DNA of 64,000 nucleotides from Planctomycetota bacterium. GTDB taxonomy: Bacteria; Planctomycetota; UBA8108; SXIK01. A program made the translations under genes and the position numbers. Position 1 is the stretch's first letter. Every line of letters starts with the position of its first letter. The stretch covers positions 96,001 through 160,000 of the forward strand of contig OZ244999.1 in assembly GCA_965223265.1 (NCBI GenBank). Reading direction: 5' to 3'. Under the pieces are notes generated by a model that was not told where the DNA came from, made no database searches, and was given only the letters and a program-made list of their open reading frames with translations. Below are positions 38,675-51,236 of the stretch, piece by piece.

Positions 38675-39721
38675 CTATCTCAGGTAGTAGGGTTCGAACG
38701 AAAAGACATGTGGATCTTCGGTGTCGACTGTAATGACGACGCCGGCGACTTCTGGCGCGCCGAAAACTTCGAGGCGTGTGAAATGCAAGAAACGTCGGCG
38801 CGTCTGCGTGTCGCGGAGCGGTTTGTCGATGCGGAAGTAGTGTGTATCACCGTGGACGCATAAGAGCGGGCGGTCTGTACGACGTGCGAACGCTTCGATG
38901 GTCTCGACGAATTTCTGGTGCCCGGAATGGGTTCTCTGCTCGAAGTCGGGGTTGGCGTGAATCACAACAACGACGCCGGAAGCACGACGCTCGATGGCTT
39001 GTGTGAAGCTTTCTTTCAGAAACTTCACCGTGGCCTGATCGCGCGCCTTGAATTCCTGCATCATAGCCGGGCTCTCCTCGTTGCGGCCGTTGTTGCTGCC
39101 AGCCACGTGAGCGACAACGAAGAGAACGCCGCTCTTGAAGAAGCGGAAGTTTTCCGTGTAGAGCTCGTGTTGCGGTTGCTCGCTCTGATGCTCTGCACCA
39201 AGAGCGGCGAGCCGCAGCACGTCCGGATCCGCGAACATGAGCTGTCGTAACTTCACCAGCCGCTCGACCGGGTCGAAGCTGCCGGCGGCCTCACCACCGC
39301 AATCGGTCCACTCGTTGTCACCCGGCGTGTACACGATCGGCGTCGGATAACTGCGGAACAGATCTCGCGTCGCTTCGAGACGTGCGTCTGAGCATGGCTC
39401 ACCTTGGCCTTTGATGTCGCCGACGTGAATCAAGAAGTCGAAATCGTCGTCGGCCGCCTGCTTCAGGAATTTCTTGAACCGAACGGTTTGCTCCTCTGAG
39501 TAGGGGGCGTCTCCAGTAGCAAGTATGCGAAGGACTCGGTGGCGGTGCCCCGAGCAGCCGCTCGCACCAAACGCCGCCGCCAGGAACACGGCAATCGAGA
39601 TGGTTTGCAGAAGGGAAATGATTCGAAGTTTCTTTCTTTCTCTCACGAGCACGCTCCCAGGACGAATCGCGAAACGGTTGGGATGATCGCTGCAACACAG
39701 TGTTTTCGTCGGCGGCCTCAC
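38675..39721 (-). CDS. Calcineurin-like metallophosphoesterase, probably secreted (start uncertain)
   Basis: GDAPY, HVGDIK, TPGDNEWTDC, HGDTH. Confidence 0.8.
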   Translation of the reverse strand: MRPPTKTLCCSDHPNRFAIRPGSVLVRERKKLRIISLLQTISIAVFLAAAFGASGCSGHRHRVLRILATGDAPYSEEQTVRFKKFLKQAADDDFDFLIHVGDIKGQGEPCSDARLEATRDLFRSYPTPIVYTPGDNEWTDCGGEAAGSFDPVERLVKLRQLMFADPDVLRLAALGAEHQSEQPQHELYTENFRFFKSGVLFVVAHVAGSNNGRNEESPAMMQEFKARDQATVKFLKESFTQAIERRASGVVVVIHANPDFEQRTHSGHQKFVETIEAFARRTDRPLLCVHGDTHYFRIDKPLRDTQTRRRFLHFTRLEVFGAPEVAGVVITVDTEDPHVFSFEPYYLR

Positions 39722-39900
39722 GATGTGATCAGTCGCATGTCAGGCGACAGGCAGCTCGGTGGGTCGCGAACAAGAACGCGCCATTATCTCCGTCGCTGCG
39801 GGACCTGAAAAGGGAAAGCACGTCGAGAGGCATGAAAAGCGTCGCGGCTGATCTGGACGCGAAGCAACCAGTGTTCAGCTCGAAGCGCTTTTCGAGGCTG

Positions 39901-41373
39901 CTAAGCCAGTATCTCGTGCACGACGCGACCGTGGACGTCCGTGAGGCTGACGTCGCGGCCGCCGAAACGGTACGTCAGGCGCTGATGGTCGATTCCCAGC
40001 TGGTGCAGGATCGTGGCATGGACGTCATGGATCGTGAGCGTGTCCTGGACGACTGAGTTGCCGAAATCATCCGTCTCGCCGAACGCGAAGCCACCGCGGA
40101 ACCCACCGCCGGCCAGAAAGATCGAGTATCCGTTGACGTGATGGTCGCGCCCACAAGTGGGAGTGATCTTCGGGGTGTGAGGTGTGCGCCCCATCTCACC
40201 TGCCCAGACGACAATGGTCTCGTCAAGGAGCCCGCGGCACTTCAGATCTTGAATCAACGCCGCGACCGCCTGCTCCGTGATCATGGCGTTCTCGGTGTGA
40301 TACTTTTTCAGCTTTCCGTGTTGATCCCACGGTGAGTTGTTGGCATGCGTCACGGGGCAGGTGATCTCGACGAAGCGTACGCCGCGCTCCACGAGACGGC
40401 GAGCGCGCAAACACTGAAGCGAGTAGTAGCGCTTGTACTCGTTGGTAGTATCGAGGCCGTAAAGTTTGCGGACGCTCTCCGGTTCATTGTCAACCTCGCC
40501 GACTTCAGGCACAGCGCTCTGCAGTCGAAACGCTCTCTCGTAGTTGCGGATCGCTGACTCGATCAAGCCGCGAGGGTCGTCCTTAGCCCCGAACTCTCGG
40601 TCCTGAGTGCGTAAAAGATCCAGCTTGCGGCGTTGGATGGCGACGGAATCTGCGGGAGCGATGTTGTCCACCGGAGCGCCGCGCGCGCGGAATTTCGTCG
40701 CCGCATGGGTCGCGGGAAGAAATGCACTCGAGAAGTTTTCAAAGCCGCCGTTCGGGATCCAGTCGTTGTTGAGGAGAACGTAGCCCGGCAGATCCGCGTT
40801 GTCCGTGCCGAGACCGTACGAGACCCAAGAGCCTAGACTCGGTGCACGTCCAGTCTCACGACCAGTGTGCAGGAGAAGATTCTGCTGACCATGCAGCGGT
40901 TGTTTGCCCACGAGCGACCGCAGGACGCAGATGTCGTCCGCGATCTCGGCGATATGCGGAAATAGGTCGCTCACCCACAGGCCGCTGTCGCCGCGGCGGC
41001 GAAAGCGCCAGGGGCTACCGAGCCAGACACGATGCGCAGCACTCTGCGATAATTTCGACACGGCGCTGTTGCCGATCTGCTTGCCTTCGTATCGCGTCAG
41101 CAGCGGCTTGTGATCGAAAGTGTCGACGTGGCTCGGTCCACCGTCCATGAAGCAGAAAATCACGCGCTTGGCGCGCTGCGCGTGATGCGGCGCGCCGCCG
41201 GTCATGCTCAAACCGGCGTAGCTGCGGTCGGCCATGAGGCTGGCGAGCGCCAAGAGGCCGAAACCGTTCGACGAGTGTTTGAGGAAATCGCGGCGGGTCG
41301 TTGCTGCTGTAACCGACCCGGGACAGACGTCGTGTCGTGACGGAAATGTTGTGTTCACGTGAGCGAGTTTCAA
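39901..41373 (-). CDS. DUF1501 domain protein (Tat-type signal)
   Basis: TRRDFL. AKRVIFCFMDGGPSHVDTFD, WAGEMGRTP, GRDHH. Confidence 0.9.
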   Translation of the reverse strand: MKLAHVNTTFPSRHDVCPGSVTAATTRRDFLKHSSNGFGLLALASLMADRSYAGLSMTGGAPHHAQRAKRVIFCFMDGGPSHVDTFDHKPLLTRYEGKQIGNSAVSKLSQSAAHRVWLGSPWRFRRRGDSGLWVSDLFPHIAEIADDICVLRSLVGKQPLHGQQNLLLHTGRETGRAPSLGSWVSYGLGTDNADLPGYVLLNNDWIPNGGFENFSSAFLPATHAATKFRARGAPVDNIAPADSVAIQRRKLDLLRTQDREFGAKDDPRGLIESAIRNYERAFRLQSAVPEVGEVDNEPESVRKLYGLDTTNEYKRYYSLQCLRARRLVERGVRFVEITCPVTHANNSPWDQHGKLKKYHTENAMITEQAVAALIQDLKCRGLLDETIVVWAGEMGRTPHTPKITPTCGRDHHVNGYSIFLAGGGFRGGFAFGETDDFGNSVVQDTLTIHDVHATILHQLGIDHQRLTYRFGGRDVSLTDVHGRVVHEILA

Positions 41374-41382
41374 CGTTGACGA

Positions 41383-44300
41383 CTAACGGATGTGAATGAA
41401 TTCTTTGAGATTGTAGAACGAATGGGCGATCTCTTTCCACACCGCGATGCTCGACATCACGTCCTCAGCGGCGACTTTGTGTCCGGCAGCGAGGTCTTGG
41501 ACCATGGCTGACCAGCGCTTGAGCTCGGCGGTCGAAGCCGGCCGACCCACTGCACGGAGAAACATCTCTTGCAGTCGCACGGCAACCTCGCGCTTGCCAT
41601 CGGCGACTACCCGCTCGGCCCACGTCCTGGCTTGATCGGTCACGAAGTGGCTGTTCAGGAGAGCTAGGGACTGCGCCACGGTGCTCGTGACGTCGCGGCG
41701 GCCGGTGGGGATTTTTGGGTCCGGTTGGTTGAAGGCGGCAAGGAATTTCGCCGGCTCCATGATCGTCACCTTGGTGTAGAGAGAGCGGCGGCCGCGGCCG
41801 TCGAGTGGGCCGGCGAAGAGGCGTTTAGTCGGATCTTCCTTTTCGCGAAATGGCTGCAAAGGCGATCCATGCAGACGTCGGTCGAGCCGACCGGATGTCG
41901 CAAGCATAGCATCCCGAATTGATTCAGCCTCAAGGCGCCGCAGCGGGTAATGGGAGACGAGGCGGTTGTAAGGGTCGGCAGCGAGAGCCTTCTGCGTCGC
42001 TTGGCCGCTCTGTCGCCACGTCCTCGACGTGACAATGGTGCGGACGAGTCCCTTGAGCGACCAGCCCTCGTCGACGAACCTCGCCGCCAGATGATCGAGA
42101 AGCTCTGGATGGGATGGCGCGTCACCAAGTCGACCGAAGTTATTCGGCGTCGAGACGATCCCTGTGCCGAAGAGCCAATGCCAAACCCGGTTGACGAACA
42201 CGCGTGCCGTGAGAGGATTGTCGGGACTGACAAGTGCTTCCGCGAGTTCGCGCCGGCCGCTGCTGCGCGTATTTGTTGCCAGCGTCGATGCCGAGAGCAC
42301 ACGGAGGTATCCGCGCGGTACGGCTTCGCCGAGCTGGTCGTAATCGCCGCGGATGTTGAGGCGATAGTCGTATCCCGGGTCGTGCTCGAGCATGCCGTTG
42401 ACGGTCGCCGGCGTGGAGAGTGCTTGTTCAGCGGTGCGATAACTCTCGACGAGTTGCTTGATCTTGTCGGCTTCTCTTGTTTTCTCTTTTGCCTGTTCGC
42501 CAGCGTCATTGCTTCCAACAACGATCCGATTCGTGAGGAGGTCGCTGCGCAGTAACCAGTTGATCAATCGAACGTCGTCAGGTGACGCCTCGCCTGCGCG
42601 CCAGCTTTTCAGTGCCGCGACGAGCCAGTCGGCGTACCGCTCAGCGGCTTGTTCCAGAGTCGTAGGGGCCGCTGCGGCGAACAGCGATTTGAATCGTGCC
42701 AGCTCATCCTGAGGTTGAGCATCGACGTCGTGGACGACGACGCGCGTGAGGCCGAACCAGCTCCGCGGATCGGCGGCCTGGTCTTCAGAGCACTTATCTC
42801 CGAGGCCGACGCGAGGCGGGAAGTTTGGATTGCTCGCCTTCGTAGCGAATTCTATGTAGACGTGTCGTTCCTGCTCGTCCGGTCGCGTGGCGAGCGAGAT
42901 CCACGTCGGTTCGTCCGCCTTCAGATACTTCTGCTTCTCTGTCAGAAACGCGTTGTCTATGACGGTGCGATGCGCCGCGAAGTCGCCGCCGGCAGTTTCA
43001 AAGCTGATGCGCGCCCTGTCGTACATGTCTAAGCGCGGCGTCCGCACGGCACCATTCATCCGGGGCGAGAGTGCATCGGTGGAGAAACCTCCGGGGAGCA
43101 GACGGCTGATAACCTCGCCGCCGTTGGTGGCGACAACAAAATCGCCGCATGCGACCCTGTCGCGCACGCCGACGCCGTCGACGGACCAACTATCAGGGAT
43201 GCCATGGCGGAAGTCGGCGATGAGCTCGAAGTTCTCGGCGTTGGCGCTGACTCGCTTGTGGGAGGCGTCCTCGTAGCGCTGCGCGATGTGGCGCCAGGCT
43301 GTCGCGATGTCAGCTCCCTCAGCCGCGGCCTTCGTCAGCTCGAACCAGGTGTGCAGGGGATGCTCAAGCTTTGCCAATGCGTCGCGGTCCAACGAATCGG
43401 ATAGACGTGCCCAAGCCTTGCCCCGCTCGTCTCTGTCATCTGTTGCGTTGTCGGTGCTGGACGGCGGCGGCGCTCCGACGCGCACCAAGTGTTTCGCGAA
43501 CTTCGTAGCGTCGGCGAGCCAAAGCTCGGCGATCAGTGGCTGGATCCTAGCCTTCAGGTCCTGAAGCTCGCGCAGCTGCGTCGCGTGCTGGCCGGGTAAG
43601 TCGAGAGTGCTCGTGATCCAACGCGAACTCATGAAGACGCCCGCGAGTGCGTAGTATTCGTTTTGTGAGATCGGGTCTAGCTTGTGGTCGTGACAACGCG
43701 AGCAAGAGACGGTGAGTGCTTGGAAGGCCTTCGAAAAGGCATCGATCTTGTTGTCGATCATCTCCTGGTGGACGCCGTTGAACTCGGAGCTGTCGCCGTG
43801 TCGGTTTTCGCCGAGCTGAAAGAACATCGGGCCGATGAGCGACTCGTTGAATTCGCTGCCCAGCGTCCGTGGATTCTCGAGAAGGTCGCCGGCGATCTGT
43901 TCACGGAAGAGCTCGTCAATCGGCACGTCCGCGTTAAAGGCACGCACGAGATAGTCGCGGTAGCGCCACGCGCCTTTGGCAGCAATGTCCCACTCGTAGC
44001 CGTAGGTGTCTGTATAGCGGACGACATCCATCCAGTGGCGTGCCCAACGTTCGCCGAAGTGTGGAGACGCCAGGAGTTCGTCGACCAGCCGGCTCCATCC
44101 GCGGGGCGACGGGTCCGAGAGAAACTCGTCGACGTGATCCGGACTGGGCGGTAGACCCGTGAGGGCGAACGCGAGTCGGCGTGCGAGCGTTCTGGGATCG
44201 GCTTGTTGTGCCGGTGAGAGTTCGTGGGCTTCGAGGCGTGCCAGAATGTAACGGTCGATACTACCCGCCGGCCATGTCGTGTCTTTCACGGCCGGCGTGT

Positions 44301-44913
44301 CCGGCGCGCGCACCGGCACAAAACTCCACCAGTCGCGCCGTTCATCGAACAGCGCTTGCCAATGCTGTGCCGCCAGGAGCTTGGGATCGGGCGGGTGGTC
44401 GCGCGGATCGGGTGCGCCCAGTTCGACCCAGCGCACGAAGTCACGGATGATGCGATCGGGTAGCTTTTTTTTCGGCGGCATCTCGAGGCCGCTGTGCTTG
44501 ATCGCATCGACGAGCAGGCTCCTAGAAGCGTCGCCCGGAACGACCGCCGGCCCGGAGTCTCCGCCGTGGCGGACGCCATCGCGACTGTCGAGTCGTAACC
44601 CACCCTTGGGCGTGGCGGCCGCGGAGGAGTGGCACTCGTAGCACTCAGCGATCAGAACTGGGCGGATCTTCTTCTCGAAGAAGTCCTCCGGATTTTCTAA
44701 GTGACGATCTCTGGGATTCTTCAATAAGTATTCCAGCGGAGACGCCACAGAGATCTCCCAAACACAAACACACAATAGACACGCAATCGATGCGTGTTTA
44801 TGAAACTTCGGAGGAGAAGATGATGAGAAAAACAAACTGACTCCTGAGTTGCGCCATTCGGCGTATCTTGCCTTCCAGAACATTAGACAGCGGTGCACGA
44901 ATCGCAACAACAA
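41383..44913 (-). CDS. Planctomycete cytochrome c + DUF1549 + DUF1553 protein; N-terminus upstream of DFFEK apparently element-derived
   Basis: DFFEKKIRPVLIAECYECH, FGERWARHWMD, CSRCHDHKLDP, PSHPELLDHLA. The 76 residues before DFFEK lie in AT-richer DNA and partly overlap an antisense integrase-related ORF. Confidence 0.85.
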   Translation of the reverse strand: MLLRFVHRCLMFWKARYAEWRNSGVSLFFSSSSPPKFHKHASIACLLCVCVWEISVASPLEYLLKNPRDRHLENPEDFFEKKIRPVLIAECYECHSSAAATPKGGLRLDSRDGVRHGGDSGPAVVPGDASRSLLVDAIKHSGLEMPPKKKLPDRIIRDFVRWVELGAPDPRDHPPDPKLLAAQHWQALFDERRDWWSFVPVRAPDTPAVKDTTWPAGSIDRYILARLEAHELSPAQQADPRTLARRLAFALTGLPPSPDHVDEFLSDPSPRGWSRLVDELLASPHFGERWARHWMDVVRYTDTYGYEWDIAAKGAWRYRDYLVRAFNADVPIDELFREQIAGDLLENPRTLGSEFNESLIGPMFFQLGENRHGDSSEFNGVHQEMIDNKIDAFSKAFQALTVSCSRCHDHKLDPISQNEYYALAGVFMSSRWITSTLDLPGQHATQLRELQDLKARIQPLIAELWLADATKFAKHLVRVGAPPPSSTDNATDDRDERGKAWARLSDSLDRDALAKLEHPLHTWFELTKAAAEGADIATAWRHIAQRYEDASHKRVSANAENFELIADFRHGIPDSWSVDGVGVRDRVACGDFVVATNGGEVISRLLPGGFSTDALSPRMNGAVRTPRLDMYDRARISFETAGGDFAAHRTVIDNAFLTEKQKYLKADEPTWISLATRPDEQERHVYIEFATKASNPNFPPRVGLGDKCSEDQAADPRSWFGLTRVVVHDVDAQPQDELARFKSLFAAAAPTTLEQAAERYADWLVAALKSWRAGEASPDDVRLINWLLRSDLLTNRIVVGSNDAGEQAKEKTREADKIKQLVESYRTAEQALSTPATVNGMLEHDPGYDYRLNIRGDYDQLGEAVPRGYLRVLSASTLATNTRSSGRRELAEALVSPDNPLTARVFVNRVWHWLFGTGIVSTPNNFGRLGDAPSHPELLDHLAARFVDEGWSLKGLVRTIVTSRTWRQSGQATQKALAADPYNRLVSHYPLRRLEAESIRDAMLATSGRLDRRLHGSPLQPFREKEDPTKRLFAGPLDGRGRRSLYTKVTIMEPAKFLAAFNQPDPKIPTGRRDVTSTVAQSLALLNSHFVTDQARTWAERVVADGKREVAVRLQEMFLRAVGRPASTAELKRWSAMVQDLAAGHKVAAEDVMSSIAVWKEIAHSFYNLKEFIHIR
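44671..44710. other. Putative attachment site, copy 1 (inside the cytochrome c/DUF1553 gene)
   Basis: CTTCTCGAAGAAGTCC-tccggattttctaa-GTGACGATCT; 34/40 identical to 62029-62068. Confidence 0.7.
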
Positions 44914-45556
44914 GGATTTTGACGACTACGGCGGCCGAGGGATCGAATGCGCGCTCTCGCAGGAGGAATTCGCCGATCTCTACTTCCGGACGGATTGCTG
45001 CGAGCTCTGCGGAACTCTGCTGAACGACGAGAACCGAAAGAAAGCGGACGGACGAACGATCGACCGGATCGACCACGACGGTGACTACTCGAGCGAGAAC
45101 GTTCGCGTCATCTGTCGCTCGTGCGGCAGGCGGAACGGGAAGATCCCGGCACGTCGGACGGCGAACGGGAAGCGCAAGGTCAACGGCAAGGCCAACGGCA
45201 ACGGCTGTCTCCCGACTCCGTTCCAGAAGAACGACGGGAAGTGGTACTGCCACTACCAAGGGACGCAGCACTACCTCGGAGAGAACCCCGACGAGAAGAT
45301 CCGGAAGCTCGTTGCCGGTGAGACGATCACGAACGGGGACCGGACGCTCTTGTCGACCGTCGTCGAGATGTACCTCGCCCACGTAGAGCCGATCCAGTCT
45401 CCCGATTCGGTCGCCAACAAGCGGAGGACGTACAGGCGGCTCGTCGAGGACGTCGGGAACATCCCGATTCGGGATGTCACGATCGAGCGTCTCGAGAAGT
45501 ACCGCAACGGTCCGTCTCGTGCTCTTCGCTCGAGATGTTCTTGCAAGCGGCGGTAG
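44820..45556 (+). pseudogene. HNH-endonuclease-like domain fused to the N-terminal (arm/core-binding) half of a tyrosine integrase; catalytic domain lost
   Basis: RQRCTN..YGGRGI..CELC..TIDRIDHDGDY...CRSC, then FQKNDGKWYCHY...YRN homologous to 62184-63191. Homology stops at 45508. GGAGGAG + ATG at 44820 is one base out of frame at an A5 run; the in-frame ORF starts at 44849. Confidence 0.75.
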
Positions 45557-45710
45557 AAATCAAGTGGCAAGCACAGGCACGGACGGCAGTTGAATCTCAT
45601 GCTCGCCGCGCGCACGATCAGCCTACCGCTCGGACTTGGGATGTGGTACTTTGCGTTCCCGGGACAAGCTGATCCACGGATCAGAAGATCCATGCTCGGA
45701 GGCGTACGCT

Positions 45711-46307
45711 ATGGTGAAGAGAAAAACGCCAGCGGCGAGTACGCGAAAGTCCACTGCTCTCGAAAGGCTCCAGCCCGCAGAGTCCGAAGAGGTTCTCGGA
45801 GCCTTTCTGAAAGCGCACCCAGAACTCCGGAAAGAAGCCGAGGAGATCGCGCGTTCGCTGATCTCGGACGTGTCGTTCGACGAGGTCGCCGAAAAGGTGG
45901 AGTGGGAGCTCGAGTCGCACGATCTCGACGAGCTGAACTCCAGGGCGGGAAAGACTCGCTGGGGTTACACCGACCCCACCGACGCGGCCCACGAGATCCT
46001 TCACGAGGCGATCGATCCGATCATCGAGGAGATGAAACGGCACCTCGAGCTGGGGCTCGAGCGAGAGGCGCTCGAGATGTGCAAGGGTCTCGTGCTGGGG
46101 CGATACGGGGTTCGCGACAAGAAGAACGATGGTTGCCTCGGTTGGGCAGGCGACTTCTGCTGGCAGACCGCAGAGGAAGTCCTGGAGAAGTGGTCGAAGG
46201 GGATTCGAGGGAAGGGGAGGAACGGAAGGAGCGCCAGACTGCGTTCGTTCCTCGACGAACTCGCTCCCGAGTGGATCTCGACGTTCGAACGTGTTCTGTC
46301 GAAGTGA
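45711..46307 (+). CDS. Hypothetical protein (acidic, helical)
   Basis: GGAGG RBS before ATG at 45711; protein-like composition; RAGKTRWGYTDP motif. Confidence 0.65.
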   Translation: MVKRKTPAASTRKSTALERLQPAESEEVLGAFLKAHPELRKEAEEIARSLISDVSFDEVAEKVEWELESHDLDELNSRAGKTRWGYTDPTDAAHEILHEAIDPIIEEMKRHLELGLEREALEMCKGLVLGRYGVRDKKNDGCLGWAGDFCWQTAEEVLEKWSKGIRGKGRNGRSARLRSFLDELAPEWISTFERVLSK

Positions 46308-46311
46308 CGTC

Positions 46312-46390
46312 ATGATTCGGAAGAAACCAGACCCCATCGAGCGCTCGATGGAGATTGCCCTGCGACCAGGGCGGTTCATCAGATACGCGG
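46312..46390 (+). pseudogene. 5' fragment of a hypothetical gene truncated at a deletion junction
   Basis: MIRKKPDPIERSMEIALRPGRFIRY starts 4 bp after the previous stop, then runs into the antisense strand of the deacylase fragment. Confidence 0.4.
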
Positions 46391-46939
46391 ATCCTGCTCG
46401 ACCACCACAGGAAAGCCCGTTGTTTCGGCCAGGCTCAATACACGTGCCCGGATGGCTTCGTCCTTTTCGGGCTTGCCAGGCGGATCGAGGAGCGTGTACG
46501 GAATCGAGCGAATCCAGTCGTTGTGCAGGTCGAGCACGACTTCGGGTTTGGTCTCTACGATCGCGCCGAAGATCTTCGACGCGATTCGTTCCGCCAGGGT
46601 ACCCGTCGGGTTGCCAGGAAACGATCGATTGAGATCTTCCTTGCTGAATGTCACATGCCGCGCGGCCATCTCGAAGCCGATCGGATTCATGAGCGGAAAC
46701 GCGTGCAGCGTGCCTCTCAAGAGCGGGGACTTGCGAAGCTGCTTGAAGACTTCCTGTACGACCACGATCCCGCCGACTTCGTCGCCGTGGGAGCAGGCGG
46801 TGAGCCAAACCGTCGGACCACGACGCTGGCTCCTGGCCTCCATGTACGGGATCCGCCTTGGAGACAAGTCGGAGCCGCTCAAAATCTTGAGGAGCGAATA
46901 GCGAAATCGCGTTCGGTCCTGGTCAATGCTCCGTGGCAT
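46379..46939 (-). pseudogene. Succinylglutamate desuccinylase/aspartoacylase family, C-terminally truncated
   Basis: ACSHGDEVGG, DLNRSFPG and LDLHND are present, but the ORF is only 186 aa and lacks the catalytic Glu region and C-terminal domain seen in 37673-38668. Confidence 0.75.
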
Positions 46940-47106
46940 GTCCGAGCGCGAGACCGCCGATCACGTCGACGGCACGATGTCGCAGCCGGAGCCACACACC
47001 GGTCCGGGGCGTCGTCTCGGCCTGCTAAGACGTCCCGCCTCTTCGCTCACTCGGGAGTCGCGTCGCCCGTCTTTGGACGACGGAGAGGCGGGACGTAGAT
47101 TCCTTT

Positions 47107-47214
47107 CTACCCGGCCGCTTTGGCTTTCTCCTTCCGCTTCGGCCGGCGCGGGGTCTTCTTGGCCTTGGAATCTTCCGTCGCGCTCGCCTTTTTGGGGCCT
47201 TTCTTTCGCGGCAT
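47107..47214 (-). CDS. Small Lys/Arg-rich protein (35 aa)
   Basis: MPRKKGPKKASATEDSKAKKTPRRPKRKEKAKAAG. Strong GAGGAGG RBS 8 nt upstream; lies just downstream of a sigma-54 promoter. Confidence 0.5.
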   Translation of the reverse strand: MPRKKGPKKASATEDSKAKKTPRRPKRKEKAKAAG

Positions 47215-47284
47215 TGAACCGTCCTCCTCAAGTAACGCCTTCAAGACTCGCTCTGAGACCATCCCAGAGCTCGTCGAGGGAGCA

Positions 47285-47301
47285 AGCACAGCGTGTGCCA
47301 A
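47285..47301 (-). promoter_or_regulatory. Sigma-54 (-24/-12) promoter
   Basis: Minus strand TTGGCACACGCTGTGCT: GG-N10-GC with TGGCAC. Confidence 0.7.
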
Positions 47302-47368
47302 TGCGGCGTGCGCGATCGCGATTCTGCGTCCCTGGGCTGCGCCCCCGAAAAGTTGACGCCCGTGATGC

Positions 47369-48805
47369 TCAGTACTTGAAGTGGTTCTTGTCCAGGTCGT
47401 GCTTCTTGAGCTTGTCGAACAAGTTTCGTGTCGTCATTCCGGCGCGCTTTGCCGCCTCACCGACACGGCCACCGCTGATCCGAAGCAACTCGGCGAAGTA
47501 CTCCTTCTCGAAGGCGTCGACGACCTCGCTCTTCGCCTCGGCGAACGGTCGGGTTGCCAGCTCTGCTGCCGGTCGAGGCCCGACGGGAGCCGCGTTCACT
47601 GTCTCGCCAGAACCGGCCGTTCGCTCAGAGCCGTTCAGCCAGACAGGCAGGTCGTTCGGTTTCACGGCACTCCCTCTGGAAAGAAGCATCGAACGTTCGA
47701 CGACGTTGACGAGCTCCCTGATGTTGCCTGGCCACGCGTACTGCTCCATGGCGTGGAGTGCCGCGTCGGAGAAGTGCTGCACCTTGGTCGCCATGCGTCC
47801 CTGAAAGTAGCGCGTGTACGTGGCGACGAGCCCACGGATGTCTTCCTTGCGCTCGCTAAGTGGCGGGACCTCCAGCGTGACGACTCCGAGTCGGTAGTAG
47901 AGATCCTCCCGGAACGTCTTCGCCGTCACGAGCTCCCGTAGCTCACGGTTCGTCGCCGACATGACTCTGACGTCAATTGCGATGGAGCGTTCTGCGCCGA
48001 CTGGCGTCACCTCTCGGTCCTGAAGCACGCGCAGGAGCCGAGACTGAAGGTGGAGCGGCATTTCGCCGATTTCGTCGAGGAATACCGTTCCGCGGTGTGC
48101 GAGCTCGAACCAGCCGCGGCGTGTCGTCGTGGCTCCCGTGAAGGAACCTCGCGCGTGGCCGAAGAGCTCGCTCTCGAGGAGGCTCTCCGGAAGCGCACCG
48201 CAGTTAACCGCCACGAAAGGTCCCTTTGCTCGCGAACTCGCCTGGTGAATCGCTCGAGCCAACCGTTCCTTGCCGACGCCAGTCTCGCCGGTGATGAGGA
48301 GTGTCGAGTCGCTATCGACCACACGCTCCACGACTGACATGAACGCCTGCATCGTGGCGCTCGTCGTCACGAAGTCGCTCAGTTTCGGAGTGTCGATCTC
48401 GCGCTCGAGGAGCAACTCATCGGAACGCTCCTGACGAACCCGGGCAAGAATCCCCTCGAGCGCTTGCGACAAGAGATCGTCGTCTAGGGAAAGGTCGAGA
48501 TGAGCGACGGCACCTGCGGCGACAATCCGCGCATCGTCGTCCGAGTCCTGCTGGGCGCTCAGGACCGCGAGTCGCGGCGCGCCCGGGACGTCGCTCAACA
48601 TAGCCACACTCTGAGGGGCCGGCTTGGGAACGAGCGCACGACTTACAAGGACTATGTCACCGGCATACTGGGCGAGCCGACCCCACAGCGGTTGCTTGCT
48701 CTTTCGAATCGTTTCGACAAACGTGTCGGGCTGCGGACGAAGAAGCCCTCGCAACCGCTTTGTTGTATCGCCGTCCTCGGCACAGATGAGCACTCGTAGA
48801 AGCAT
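47369..48805 (-). CDS. Sigma-54-dependent transcriptional activator (NtrC/Fis family) with degenerate receiver domain
   Basis: [46 protein letters not shown]-terminal HTH. The receiver-like N-terminus reads DIVLVS where the phospho-Asp is expected. Confidence 0.92.
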   Translation of the reverse strand: MLLRVLICAEDGDTTKRLRGLLRPQPDTFVETIRKSKQPLWGRLAQYAGDIVLVSRALVPKPAPQSVAMLSDVPGAPRLAVLSAQQDSDDDARIVAAGAVAHLDLSLDDDLLSQALEGILARVRQERSDELLLEREIDTPKLSDFVTTSATMQAFMSVVERVVDSDSTLLITGETGVGKERLARAIHQASSRAKGPFVAVNCGALPESLLESELFGHARGSFTGATTTRRGWFELAHRGTVFLDEIGEMPLHLQSRLLRVLQDREVTPVGAERSIAIDVRVMSATNRELRELVTAKTFREDLYYRLGVVTLEVPPLSERKEDIRGLVATYTRYFQGRMATKVQHFSDAALHAMEQYAWPGNIRELVNVVERSMLLSRGSAVKPNDLPVWLNGSERTAGSGETVNAAPVGPRPAAELATRPFAEAKSEVVDAFEKEYFAELLRISGGRVGEAAKRAGMTTRNLFDKLKKHDLDKNHFKY

Positions 48806-48955
48806 TGCAAATCGTCACTCGCGGCCTGGCAGTCCGGAAGAATTATCTCCGAAAAATCAGAAGTCGCAAGGATGTGCTCTCATCTCGCGATCGCAGCCCC
48901 GCATAACCTATTTAAAAACAGTCAATTACGGCTTTCCCCGTGACGCCGCTCGCTT

Positions 48956-48971
48956 TGGCGTACGAAGTGCT
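48956..48971 (+). promoter_or_regulatory. Sigma-54 (-24/-12) promoter for glnA
   Basis: TGGCGTACGAAGTGCT (GG-N10-GC), about 35 bp before the ATG. AT-rich tract at 48903-48928 upstream. Confidence 0.65.
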
Positions 48972-49006
48972 TGGGGCTCCTCCAAGTGCTGAGGAGTCTT
49001 ACGCCC

Positions 49007-51199
<2,193 letters not shown>

Positions 51200-51202
51200 G
51201 CG

Positions 51203-51236
51203 GCGAGGCGGTCCGCCGAAGCGGTCACGGCCTCGC
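51203..51236. terminator. GC-rich hairpin after glnA (no U-tract; terminator role uncertain)
   Basis: GCGAGGC...CCGC-CGAA-GCGG...GCCTCGC. Confidence 0.35.
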
